A DNA stretch of 43,972 nucleotides, counting the filler, from Jimgerdemannia flammicorona (lineage: Eukaryota): assembly GCA_003990765.1 (NCBI GenBank). It is 2 parts of 2 records of this genome, joined end to end, with 100 filler letters (N's around TTAATTAATTAA, not from the genome) between each part and the next. Parts side by side here need not be neighbours in the genome. Positions count along the whole stretch, not along the records: positions 1 to 21,941 come from RBNJ01001362.1; positions 22,042 to 43,972 come from RBNJ01001363.1. One strand, 5' to 3'. Each line of letters begins with the position of its first letter. The first letter of the stretch is position 1. Under the pieces are notes generated by a model that saw only the letters and a program-made list of their open reading frames with translations, was not told the DNA's origin and did not search any database. The translations under genes were made by a program, and so were the position numbers. Shown here in pieces: positions 12,276 to 23,450 of this stretch.

Positions 12276-12764
12276 TGTAACATAGTAGATACTTAACCTT
12301 GGAAGTATATCAGATTTCTGTATCTTGAAAACTTGATCTTCTTTGACTCTATAGAGTCCTCAGAATATAGGAGTGGGTGAGTTTGAAGTATATCTGCCCA
12401 TATGCTTACTAGTTCCTTTACTTTCTCTTTGCTTTAAACTATTTCAATCTGAGGTTTATTCACTCTAAGATACTGGATTATTTATATAAGTTTGCTAGCT
12501 ATAAGGTGACTAAGTTATGACTATGTTATGAGTCACTTTTCACAAATGTTAATCCTTGACATCTGTTAAATCTTTGATGATTGTCAAAACTTTAACATCT
12601 GTAAATTCTTGACATTTGTGAAGAATTTAACATTCATGAAAACTTAACATTTGTAAAATAACTACTATTCATAAGGCTATACTATATTGGGAATTGGGTT
12701 CAGATACCATGATCAAATGTCTAATTCCCCTGATTCTTGTTCCTAATTTGGATCAACTGTCACA
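12276..12764 (-). repeat. 5' LTR of Gypsy 1 (~489 bp, TG...CA)
   Basis: Termini TGTGACA...TGTTACA, followed by the PBS; matches the 3' LTR over 266 bp; CpG-rich unique DNA resumes just outside. Confidence 0.92.
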
Positions 12765-13144
12765 CCAGATACAAGTATTTATTTAGGTACTCAGAGCAGC
12801 AATATTTGAACTACGTAAGTTTCGCCAGGCGGCCTTGAGGTACAAGTTAAGCATCTTTCCGCCGGCCGAGTCTCACGGTATTTCGTGTAAAATAACGATA
12901 AAGCCAGATAATTTTCATATCATCTGAAAAAATTTAACCGGCGTTACAAGCGGATAGCAAGAAAATTCGGTCTACATGTGCTCCGAAAAGGAGTGTATGG
13001 ATATTCACCACGCATCGCAAGCTAATGAAGCAATGAAGATGATAAATGAAGAGAAGGAATCACATGGCCATTACACAGACAAATGGAAGAAAGTTCTCTT
13101 TGTAGTACAATTACAATCGGTAATATGTCTGAGGGTTTATTTGA

Positions 13145-15506
13145 TCACTTATCTAAGATATTGTACTTTTGTCTCTTTGCTTGCGGTGTGAACTTTGTGT
13201 CAAAAGGTCGATATTTGACGGCCTCTCTGGGTAATCGCGGCAACGCTAATTTCAAGCCATAGTTGAATCTCTCCGGTTGCCTGTTCAGAAACGATCTGAT
13301 CCACAAGCCGTCCTCGCAGACAGTTTCACGCAGATAGGTCACTAATTTCAGTACGCTTTCAACATTTGTCTCAGCATCTTTAGTCTGGAGATCGAATGAA
13401 AGTCTACTGTCATGAACGTAGATGAGTGTTGAATCTTGTTGATTGAACACAGGTTCGAGCGTGCTCAAATGAATTTTCGTTGCGTTGACTAAATCCGATA
13501 TGCAACCGTGTTCGGTTGACTTCATCTTCTGACAGATCGCACCCTAAAGACAGGATCCTGTTGAACTCATGCGCCGCTTCTGCTACAGCTACAACATCAT
13601 CCTTGTGCACCTCAAACCCATTGTTCTCAAACTCCACCAGAAAAAATGCGAATTGAGTATCGTTCTTGTTTGTCACGAGAGCCGCGAAGTCAGATCGCGA
13701 TGAACCACAGCCGCCGTCCCCGGGAATAAGATGCTGGAGCTCCCAGACGGGAATAAACTTGGAACAATGTAGGACAAATGCAGCAGAAAAAATCTTCGTC
13801 CAAAGCTCGGCCTTTATGTGATTTTCTGATGGTATGCTGCCGAGGCCACGGCATGGTGTAGGGGTGTATAGGACAACAGCGGCAATGACCGACACTGCTG
13901 TGAGAACATCGATATCGTAATGCTTCTCTTTTGAATATTGACTGAAAAGTTGTTTGATGACCGCAGGAGGCGACATCCAGCTGACATCGTTGCTGTCGAG
14001 TTTTCCCTTTCTCTTTAATGCTCGAAGTATCACCGCAGCGGAACGAAGCTGGTCATCAAAGTGCTCTTGTAACACGGCAGATACAAGCTTGAATCCGATC
14101 CGTGGCACAGGAACAGCAGCGAGCTGGGCCCTCCTTTTCCATCCGGCTTCGACAAAAATTTCCCGATCGACAACAAACCACTTCAACATAGCGATAGAAT
14201 GGCGAGCGCGTTGAGAGTCCTCATCGATGTGATGCTCCTGCAAAGCAGAAAAGATCCTACAGTATGATTCTAAAATGGGGTACTTGTCAAAATCGACAAT
14301 CACATCTTCCGTGATATCCCCGATGTATGACGATTCTTGCTTTCGTTTCCGAGGCGTTGTCGGTTCTATTCCACCCTTGATCTCATCGGCAACATCGCGG
14401 AGCTCGCGTAGATTTATCTTTGACACCAGCGTAGAGGATTTTAAGAGGTGATCGTGGCCAGTTTGGTACGTTTGAACAGCACCGCGCGCCTAATTAAAAT
14501 AATGAATTAATAAATGAACAAACAGGGGTAGAATCAAGAAATATTAATTCACATACCTTCAGAAACCTCATCTTCTTGAGCTCGGCAGCAGTGGCGGCTT
14601 CATACATCTTTCCCTCCTCATAAAAATCTTACGTTGCCAGATTTTGTCTCCAGCTTGACGAGCGGCAAGTAAACCGGAAGTTAAAGGGTTAAGGAAGAAA
14701 AATAAATGCAAAGTGAGCCAAAAGACACAGTACGGCAGGAAGACTCCCTCCCCATAACACATGAAAAAGTACATGATCAAGCACAACGATCGCTATGGTC
14801 CCTAAGCGTCTGACTTCAAGCGGAACGCCGTCGGTGCAGGCCTTACAGGAGAACACAATCGTCCGCACGACCAGAAAAGGGCGTGCGCTCCTCAGCAGAG
14901 TCGAAACCTTTCCCATCACAAGTCGAAACCTGTAATAGTAGCCGATGATGTGCTGTCCCATATGAACAATGCCGCAGACACGAAGTTTGTTATGGTCCTT
15001 GGGAGCGTGACTTCCGACGAAGTGCAACCCTCAGGTATGAGGTTGTTCTCAGGAGAACACAAACAACCACAGATTCAGATGAATCATATGCTCGCCGGCG
15101 GAGTCGAAACCTTTCCCGTCGCAAGTCGAAACCCACAACGGTAGCCGGCGATGTATCCTTGGTGTTGCCTTCACCATATGTAATATTCATGCACGTACCG
15201 GCAGCAATCTCAAGGCATGTGACACTTTCTTGTGCGTTCTAGTTTCACTGCCATATTGCTCCAGTTCTGCTTTGTATCGTAAGTGCTCTTTATCCCTCAC
15301 AAGGAAAGTTTGTGGAAAGGACTTCTCACGATACTCAAGAAAGCTTGCAAGAGAAGGAGAAATAATATTGGCCCAATATTCTTCAAAGTTTCAAACGAAA
15401 GTATTAATGGTTAATTGTTGTTTAGAGGATACATTCAAATGATAGATTTCAAAGGATAGTTACCCGGGTCGGTCAAAGTCTCTGTACATGCCTTTTTGAG
15501 TTTCAT
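13145..15506 (-). pseudogene. Crinkler-like protein with C-terminal PD-(D/E)xK restriction-endonuclease-like domain, two frameshifts
   Basis: ATG 15506 in a GCCACCATG context. Exons ~15506-15464, 15380-15199, ~14653-14557, 14489-13145 with GT-AG introns give MKLKKACTETLTDPEYWANIISPSLASFLEYREK...KEHLRY... and SENHIK...RSDF...FLVEFE...HKD. Frameshifts near 14628 (WQRK/DFYEEG) and 13493 (LHIG/LVNATK). Family assignment is by motif recognition only. Confidence 0.65.
14898..15155. repeat. Two ~55-bp direct repeats 203 bp apart, each containing GTCGAAACC twice
   Basis: GAGTCGAAACCTTTCCCATCACAAGTCGAAACC... at 14898 and GAGTCGAAACCTTTCCCGTCGCAAGTCGAAACC... at 15101. Confidence 0.85.
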
Positions 15507-16118
15507 GGTGGCGTGATGAACAATGATGAAGGCGTCGAGAACGTTGAAAAATGTTGAGAATGATCCGATTGTTTGAACGCAGCTGTTTGGGAGACAAGAC
15601 TGACAATCGGGTAAGCAAGAGCCGGTAAAAGTGCCCACAAGGTTGAAATAATATTGACGCGTGGACGCGAAATTGCAAGCAAAGGAACATATTTGTGGGC
15701 ACACGACGCGAACGCGGACAACGAAGCAGACAAAAAAAGGGCAGGCTCAACCGGTGAATGCTAACTTTAAGAGTAAGGGAAGCGAGAATACTAGCGAAAC
15801 TGCGGTAAGACACGCGCAGATGCAACAAGGGCAACTCACCACGGCGACGATGGATATAGCGATTAGGACGCAGGAGGAAGGTTGGAAGATGGGGATGGAG
15901 GCCACGTTCCGTTCAAAGGCGAAAGAGGGATGGCGCCAAAAAAAAAAAAAAACATTTGGGCTATATGACGCGTGGGCGTCCGATAAATGTCAATGTTTAC
16001 TTTGTCTGGTTTTGTTGTAGCACGCCCCATATAAACTTTTTAGTATAATAGCTAATTTATTTTTTTTATGTAAATTGACCAATAGGGATCTTTGTTCCAA
16101 AGTACACCACTTCCAACC

Positions 16119-17347
16119 ATGCAGCTTAAGGTATTTCGAAGCCTTTGGGGTTTGGAATACTCCCAAGAACACCCTGCAGCCAATTCGAAGCTATCCCGTC
16201 GCGAATACTACGAGCACCTGTTTTCTGACCTGCGTGCACTCGGCTATGACGGTATCGAGGCATCTATCAGTGACGTGTGGATTTTGGTGAACGGAGATTA
16301 CTCTGCAGCCTCTGCTAATGCTGAAATCGACACTGTCGCAGACGCATTCTTGGCTCTGCTCAGTAAAAATAATCTGCAGTACATATGTGGTGTTTACACC
16401 TCATGGGTTGGTGATTCTCCTCGCTAACATTGTATTTCCAATATATGGGGCATATATTAAACTATACTAACTTCTTTGTTACGAATGCCAATAGGACGAT
16501 TACATCGGCCCCTGGCAAAAGCGTACCGTTGCCGAACACACTGCGCAATACAAAAGCCAACTCGCCATTGCACGTGCATTAAAGCCCGTCCGCATAAATG
16601 TTCACAGCGGCAGCGACGATTTCACACTAGAGGAGGCAGTGGAATTTTTTGCTTCCGCGCAAGATCTCGAAAAAGATGCGGGTGTCGAGAGGCTTGTGTC
16701 TCATGAGACGCATAGAGTATGTACAAAGCGGCGTATTCAACCCTCCCTGCATTTGATTATCTACTGTGTCTATCGCACATTCACACGTAGATCCCGCAAA
16801 TCTTAACCTGCCGTAGGGCCGGACACTTTACAATCCATGGACGACCCAAATCCTTCTGGCCAAATTCCCAAATCTACACATCACCCTTGACATTTCTCAC
16901 TGGTTTGTCGTCGTCGAGCGTTTATTCTCTCTGGAAGCATATCCGGATCTGTTCAAAGTCGTATTACCTCGTGTAAGGCATGTGCATGCCCGCATGGGTA
17001 CTTCGCAACACGCCCAGATTACATTTGCAACAAATGCAAGTGCTACCACGAACGCCGCAACAGCGTCCGAGGAAGAACAGGAAGCACAAAAGGTGTTCGA
17101 GGAGATATGGAGGGCTTGGTGGGAGTCCCTGAGGACACTGGGTTCGACATTCAATGACAAGATGGCCAGTATGACTCCAGAGTACGGACCACCACCTTAC
17201 CAGATTTCTAGTGGCGATGTCGCGAGAGATGGGACAGAATTGTGGGCAATGGCCAATTGGCAGAAAGGGAAACTAAGGGATCTATTTGCCCAATGGGTGA
17301 CGGGAATAGGTCGAACAAGTGGGAAGGACACCTTATTATGTGAATAA
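16119..17347 (+). CDS. Xylose-isomerase-like TIM-barrel protein (sugar phosphate isomerase/epimerase, AP-endonuclease-2 family)
   Basis: Exons 16119-16406, 16495-16716, 16817-17347 splice in frame. Motifs FRSLWG, GYDGIE, INVHSGSD, HETHRGR, LDISHW, HVHARMG, TPEYGPPPY. Confidence 0.9.
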
Positions 17348-17807
17348 GAAGAGTTGATCAGCGGCGCGCTTGTCGTCTTTCCCTATATATTCAAATACAT
17401 ATTTCCTTTGCATTCTACAATAGTAGGATATCTACCCTGACTGCAAGCTCCTCCTACGAGATATTTTGATGGAAGCAATTAGGAAACTTGGTGCCAATGC
17501 TTCCAACGAGAAAGATCATGCGTAACATGAAAGCGCCTTATTATATTAGGATGAAAGGACATATTTACGAATGGAGAGCAACTTATAGGTAAACGTAATG
17601 ATTGTAGTTGGAGTCGACCAACAACTCCGTAACTCATTGATATTGTTTGCATTACCACTGGCTCAATTTCAAATCATTTATATAATATCGAATATAGCAA
17701 TCCACAAATCTATCTGTAGAAATACAAAGTAAAAATTAGCTATTCCCAGGGGTTTTATCCAGGAAACGATTTCTCTGGATCTTTTGATCAATATGAGAAT
17801 AGCTACC

Positions 17808-18755
17808 TTAAATTTCCTCCACTTCTCCCCCAATCCTGATACCTTCGACTCCATCTGTCAATTCATCAAACGTTTGCACAGCACTCTGTTGAAGCATCAA
17901 TAACTCCATCTTCGAGTCCTTCACTATAAACGGCACCCGCGTAAGATCACTATTCTCAACTTTCCAGGCAGCCTCAACCTTACTGATTCTCACCGAATCC
18001 GCTCGGAGTACCTCTGCGTCTGCCTCTCCATCAGTCATACCCTCCCCTTCTCCAGTACCAAACACCTCCAGCCATTCTTCAACCAAATACGCCACGAGAT
18101 CCATTCCTCGTCCCATCTGTGACAGATATTTTGCCGCCGAGGCCATATTCTCGTCTTGGTGTTGCGCTTGTCCAATATTCGTTAACCCCGTGCCTCCTCC
18201 AGGTGTTATACTAGCCTGCGCTGTTATTCGGGCTTGCGATCGCGGATACTGCACGACTTGGGGAACTTCGGCATGAACGAGGTTAGGAGTGAAGACGACT
18301 GCAATGTTGTGGGGGGTCATGAGATTTTCGGATGAGTGTGCGGCCACAAGATGGAGGAAGGAGAAAAGGTAGCGCATGAGGGGTATGTGGTAAGGCGTTG
18401 GGGAAAGAGTCACAAGTGTATGGCGAATATGTGCGGCACGCTCATCTGCTGGGAGCTCTGTACATAATTATAATAGGATAGGAGTCAGTGCTGCTGTAGG
18501 CATGATTGTAGACACCGTACCATCAAAAATAAAGGTCGTGCCACATGATGGATATTATGCGTAAGTCTGTTGACAAAACTGAAATCCATTTCAACTCACT
18601 GTCAAATTCGCCAACGCCTGCGACAACCTCCAATGGTAGCAGAGACTCCGGAAGTTCACGGAAAAAGACCTTAACCAAAACGGCGGGAATGTGCACGTCA
18701 TGGTGAGTAAGGTCAATTGCGCGGCCTGATGGTTTAAAAAAAAAAAAAAAAAAAA

Positions 18756-18788
<33 letters not shown>

Positions 18789-20333
18789 CGTAAATATAGA
18801 ACATTGGATGTATTGATTGATAGAGACAAAGGTTTATACACAGTGCACTGAACTTAATGGGGGGGACTGACCTCGGTTGAAGGCATCCTTCACCAGACGC
18901 AATTGCTCACTAGAAGGGGATTTGCGGAACAACCCTTCCTTGTCAAGTCCTTGTGGAAGAGTAATAATGTATAGAGAAAATGGATATGAACGATACATGT
19001 GAGATTCACGGTATTTATTGAATAAACTGGATCGGTTTTGGCCTTTCATAACAAAACAACTTACCATACAATCTCAAATGCTCCACCAATGTCCGAACTA
19101 CCCATGGCACTCCGTCTTTCTGTCCTCGTTCATCCTCGTCTCTCATCAGCTCCACAATGCTTCGACCGAACGTGCGATGGCCCGTCTGCGACAGGTCTCC
19201 GTTGAGCTTCGTCAATAGTGATTCTGGAATAGGGATGGGGGGCAGGCGGAAATCGTAGTCGAGAACGGGTTGTGGTGGGTGTAGTTGGGCCACAGGAATG
19301 ACGAGGTTGAGATGATCGAGGGTAGGAAGATAGTGCAATTTGCGGGCAAACTTGGGACTGAAATGGTTACAGCGATTGTTACAGTGCGAATATAGTACGA
19401 ATAAAAAGAAGAATGTTAGAAAGAGATGATACCAGAGGTAGTGTATCCAAAGAAACCAAGGTTAGGCAGGTTTTAATCACACTTGGAAACACATTAATAC
19501 GCCTGACCTTGTTATCTTGTTCGCTAAATCAAACACGATCCGATACACTCTTGTGAGATGTACAACATATAAAGCCTTCAAGTTCTTTTTGTACCTAGCA
19601 AATACATAATGTAATCGATTGCGGACTGCATGAGCATACACATACGTATAATTACAGACACACCAAAAATTATACTCACTTCCTATCCAATGCACGATAG
19701 GCCTTGAGCATCCACATCCATCCTGGGCGGAAATCAACAGGAGCAGATAGAAAGACGAGAACATAGTCATTTTCCACAAAGTTGCTACTGTTAGGCAGAA
19801 TAGGGTAAAACACGGTCCGTTATGTTATTGAATGTGCATTTCTTCATATCGATATAATATGGTATAACATGGTGCTGAGAAAACAAAAAAAAAAAAAAAA
19901 CTTACAGTCGTGCCAGAAGATAGCTAGCAATGGGTATACCATCAATTGTACGGAAGACAATGACCATGAAATAGAAAGAAAAGAGTGGGGTGAGGAAGGG
20001 AAGACTGGAGTCCACTCCACGTAAGCGTGAAATACTGATAGAAAATAACAGGGTGGTACACACGCAAGAATCAAATCATAGTCGATGATTGTTGGGTCCG
20101 GAAGGTTGCAGGCGCATAGAGCAAGTACAGGTCGACTTTCGTCGTCGAGACCTGTGGGTGCGTTCAAGAATGGATGTTAGTGGTGCAAAGTTTGCGTCGT
20201 AGAGCAACGAAGGTTGACGCAATGTACCAGCTTCGTAGATGATATTGAGGGTGGATATGGCCTTGTACTCGGGGTCGTCTGGGGTAAGTGAGCGGCGTTG
20301 TGGGCTGGTTTCACCGGGTTGGTGTTGTGACAT
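17808..20333 (-). CDS. BCH/CRAL-TRIO + RhoGAP domain protein (ARHGAP1/p50RhoGAP-like), about 9 exons
   Basis: Spliced reading gives IIYEAGLDDESRPVL, FVENDYVLVF, YRALDRKYKKNLKALYVVH, SPKFARKL (BCH), then FGRS, EGLFRKS (arginine finger), VKVFFRELPE, NLMTPHNIAVVFTPNL (RhoGAP). Confidence 0.93.
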
Positions 20334-20500
20334 TGTGAAGAGCAGAGGATTCCGAGTAGGACTCGAAGTAGAACCTTCTTATTGGGGTGCCACAGCCACG
20401 GTAACTTTTTAAGGGATCCACGTGGCCGACCATTGTGGCTTCAATGAAAATAATTCAGGAAACGGATCCAAGCCACCAAACATTCCACTTGGTGTATTTA
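20334..20500. promoter_or_regulatory. Compact divergent (probably bidirectional) promoter
   Basis: 167 bp separate the divergent ATGs at 20333 (-) and 20501 (+); palindromic CACGTG at 20419-20424. Confidence 0.55.
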
Positions 20501-21846
20501 ATGTATCGCGCGCGGAACCTGGCAACCACATGGCACCGCGCATGTTTTCTTCAACCCGTCAGGACATACGCTTCGCGAAAAGGCGGGGGGTGCGTTTTGA
20601 TTCATGATTTTCCTTGCTATATAGCAGATCATATGACATGTATCAACGTTGCTTTCCGTGAATTGAAACAGAAGCGAGAGCAAGTTCAGGCGGAAGGTGC
20701 AGAGAACAGAAGAAGAAGTGCGCCACCTGGAACGGAAATTCGACTCCTCGACCAAATCTAAAGTATGTCCATCATCCGATCGCTTCCGTCGTCTCATCAT
20801 CCGCCCCTGACAAATATCTCTCGTTCCCCAACCAGCAACACAAGCACTCCTCTCCCCTCCCTCCTACTTCCATTGCCTCCATCTACGCTTCCATCTCCGA
20901 CATCCAAACCCCATCCCCTGCCCCTCGTTCAAAGATCAATCCGCTTTTCCTCGAAAACCTCAAGCTCAAGTTTCTGGACACGCGCGGTGCCGATGCCGGG
21001 GAGGATATCGGAGCCCTGACGGAGATTACGGCGGACCAGCTGCGGATCGCGAAAGTGGGGAGATGGACATTAGGCGAGCCAGAGTTCAATCAGTTGTTGT
21101 ACGCGAATGTGAGTAGGTGGAAAGCAGGTGGTGATGATGTGTCGTTGGTTAGAAGTGTATCATGGATCCTCTGTACTGCTAACCAATCCATCAACAATAC
21201 TCACCCCGCCGTGCTCTGCCAACTCAGGCCCTCGCGAAACGACCAGCCGAAGCGGAAGCAGTGCTCGAACTGATGAAGGTGAGCCATCTTCCCATTATCT
21301 AGTGGTCATCGAAAGCATCAACGGCTAGCCATTGTCGCACGATCCGATCATATCACCCGTCCAAACCTCCCAACCGCAGGAATACAATATCACGCCCACC
21401 CTCCGCTCCTACAACCACCTCCTCGACGCTTACGCCAATGCCGGTGACTCCCACGGCGCCATCGCGACCTTCAAGCGCATCCGAGCCGGTACACTCTTCC
21501 ACACATACACACATGCACGCACTCTCCCGTTCGTCCTATCCATCGCTCCACTCCTCACCCTTCCCCTTTCCTGCCATAGAGGCCTTCACCCCCGATGTCT
21601 ACACCTTCTCGACGTTGATTAAGGCTTTTGTTTCCCATTCGCGCCTCGACGACGCCTTTATTGTATTTGACCGCATGCGCGAGGGTGGAGTTGTGCCATC
21701 GCAGCCCGTGTTCGCCACGCTCATCAGCGGCTGCCTTAGGGCGGGGGAGCTGAACAGGGCGTGGGATACGTTCGATGACATGAGGCTCAAGTACCATTGT
21801 CCAGATGAGGTCACGTATACCTTGATGATTGGCGCATGTGCCAAGG
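20501..21846 (+). CDS. Mitochondrial pentatricopeptide-repeat (PPR) protein, 5' part only; cut by the assembly gap
   Basis: Exons ~20501-20589, 20672-20762, 20836-21108, 21228-21278, 21380-21488, 21580-21846. Presequence-like MYRARNL...VRTYASRK; PPR motifs SYNHLLDAYANAG, TFSTLIKAF, VFATLISGCLRAG, PDEVTYTLMIGACAK. Confidence 0.88.
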
Positions 21847-21941
21847 TTGGTAGGTGGGTGTGATGGAAGAGGCGTATGTCTTTTGCGTCCTTACCGATGT
21901 TGTATCCATTTCATCAATCCCCCTCAAAAAAAAAAAAAAAA

Positions 21942-22041
21942 NNNNNNNNNNNNNNNNNNNNNNNNNNNNNNNNNNNNNNNNNNNNTTAATTAATTAANNN
22001 NNNNNNNNNNNNNNNNNNNNNNNNNNNNNNNNNNNNNNNNN
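21942..22041. other. Artificial 100-bp contig spacer (44 N + TTAATTAATTAA + 44 N)
   Basis: A symmetric N run around a 12-mer that has stops in all six frames. Confidence 0.97.
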
Positions 22042-22191
22042 GACATAGATAAACAGCTGGACAATAGCTAGCCTAGGTTAATGGGGGGGCAGTGCTTGGT
22101 GGGTGGTGGGGGAGGGTTTTGGCCTATATAGTCTAGGTTTCCTTCTAATAAAAATCCGCGGGACATGAGTCTGTTAAAAAAAAAAAAAAAA
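22042..22191 (+). mobile_element. 3' end of a LINE-like retroposon (AATAAA + poly-A) inserted in the RT region of Gypsy 2
   Basis: AATAAA at ~22147 and an A run at 22176-22191; reverse-complement homologue at ~38100-38235. Confidence 0.75.
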
Positions 22192-23037
22192 GATAAGGTA
22201 TCCTAGGTAGGCAATTTCCTGAGCTGCAAACTTATATTTCTTGGGCTTGATATAGAGGCTATATTCCTTGAGCTTCTTGAGAGTCAGTTATATATGGTTG
22301 ATATATTTCCATATAGTATTGCTGAAGATGATCATATCATAATATAGACAAAGAGCTATTTTCTAATCTCATTACTAAAGACTCTATTTATCATTTACTG
22401 AAAACTTGCTGGGATATTATATATTCCAAATAGTATTTACAGATAGACATAGGTGGTATTAGGTGTGATGAAGGTTGATTTCTCACTGGCATCTTAAGTA
22501 AGATCAATCTGATGAAAGTCTGAGAACAGATCCAAGATAGTATAGTATTTGGTTTTACTTCTAAGAGTAGTAAGGATTTTTTGAATATTTGGTAAGAGCT
22601 GCCTATCCTTCTTGGTAATTATATTGAGCTTCCTATAATCAATGCAGAGTCTTGGAGCAAACTCTCCAGACTTGCTTTCTTTTTTTGGGACTAAAATAAT
22701 GGGTGAAGCCCAGGGGCTGATAGCTTGCTTGATGATTCTAGCTTCTTTCATTTTCTTAAGTTCTGCTTACAGCTATTCTTTGTAGGCAGGTAGTATAGGT
22801 CTGGCTTTCTGGTAGATAGGCTTGGTATCACCAGTGTTAACTTCATAGTAGTACTTGGGTTCTTGATTGTAAATATCCCTAAAATTTATAGTAAGTACTC
22901 CTTCATTCTGATACAGGATCTTAAGAAGTTATTTCTCTAGGGGAAAGTTTTCTCCAATAATATATGTGTACTTATTCTGATCCTTATCTCTCTTGTGCTT
23001 GAGTTCAGTAATCTTGATAGTAGTATAGGCTCCTCTT

Positions 23038-23450
23038 CTAGTAGATCCAAAGCCTTGTTCTTCTCTCTTAGTCTTGATAAGTTCAATGGCTTCAGTGGTC
23101 TTAGACTTCTTAACTTCATGAATCAGCATCTGGCTAATCCTGTCATACTTCTTGACTTTGAATGGGGTGGTGGGGTTATGATTCTTGACTATAAGAAAGA
23201 TCTCACCAGTGTAATCAGAGTCAATTACTTCTCCTTCAATTGAGATTTTGCTTTTGGCCAGACTGCTCCTGGTCTTGATAATTCTAGTATAGTTCTCTGA
23301 CAACTTGACTCCAATTCCAGTACTAAGTAGAGTAATGGTCTGTGGTTTGAGGATAGTATCTTGAATACTGGCAAGGTCTATTCCTATGGCTCCTTCAGTT
23401 TTGTATTCTGGGATCTTGGCTTCAGGGTGAAACTTCTTAACCTTGAGGGT
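23038..23450 (-). pseudogene. dUTPase domain in Gypsy 2 pol
   Basis: GAIGIDLAS, STGIG, TRSSLAK, EVIDSDYTGEI, DRISQML, REEQGFGST. Confidence 0.93.

Larger units (their letters stand above)
5630..12764 (-). mobile_element. Ty3/Gypsy LTR retrotransposon 1 with dUTPase, degenerate
   Basis: Paired LTRs, PBS and PPT. Domain order is gag zinc knuckle (CYTYREEDHYLYEY), protease (IIDTE), dUTPase, RT (SPWASP, VYIDDVII at ~9000), RNase H, integrase (GPLPLT, WEGPY at ~7115). Many stops. Confidence 0.95.

Noticed and set aside
18735..18787. Long poly-A run as a retroposon tail or poly-Phe ORF
   Set aside because: It is the polypyrimidine tract of a RhoGAP intron; no TSD or element body is visible.
20765..21019. 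84-aa ORF as the PPR N-terminus
   Set aside because: Its ATG lies within the intron donor GTATGT; the spliced frame from 20501 fits better.
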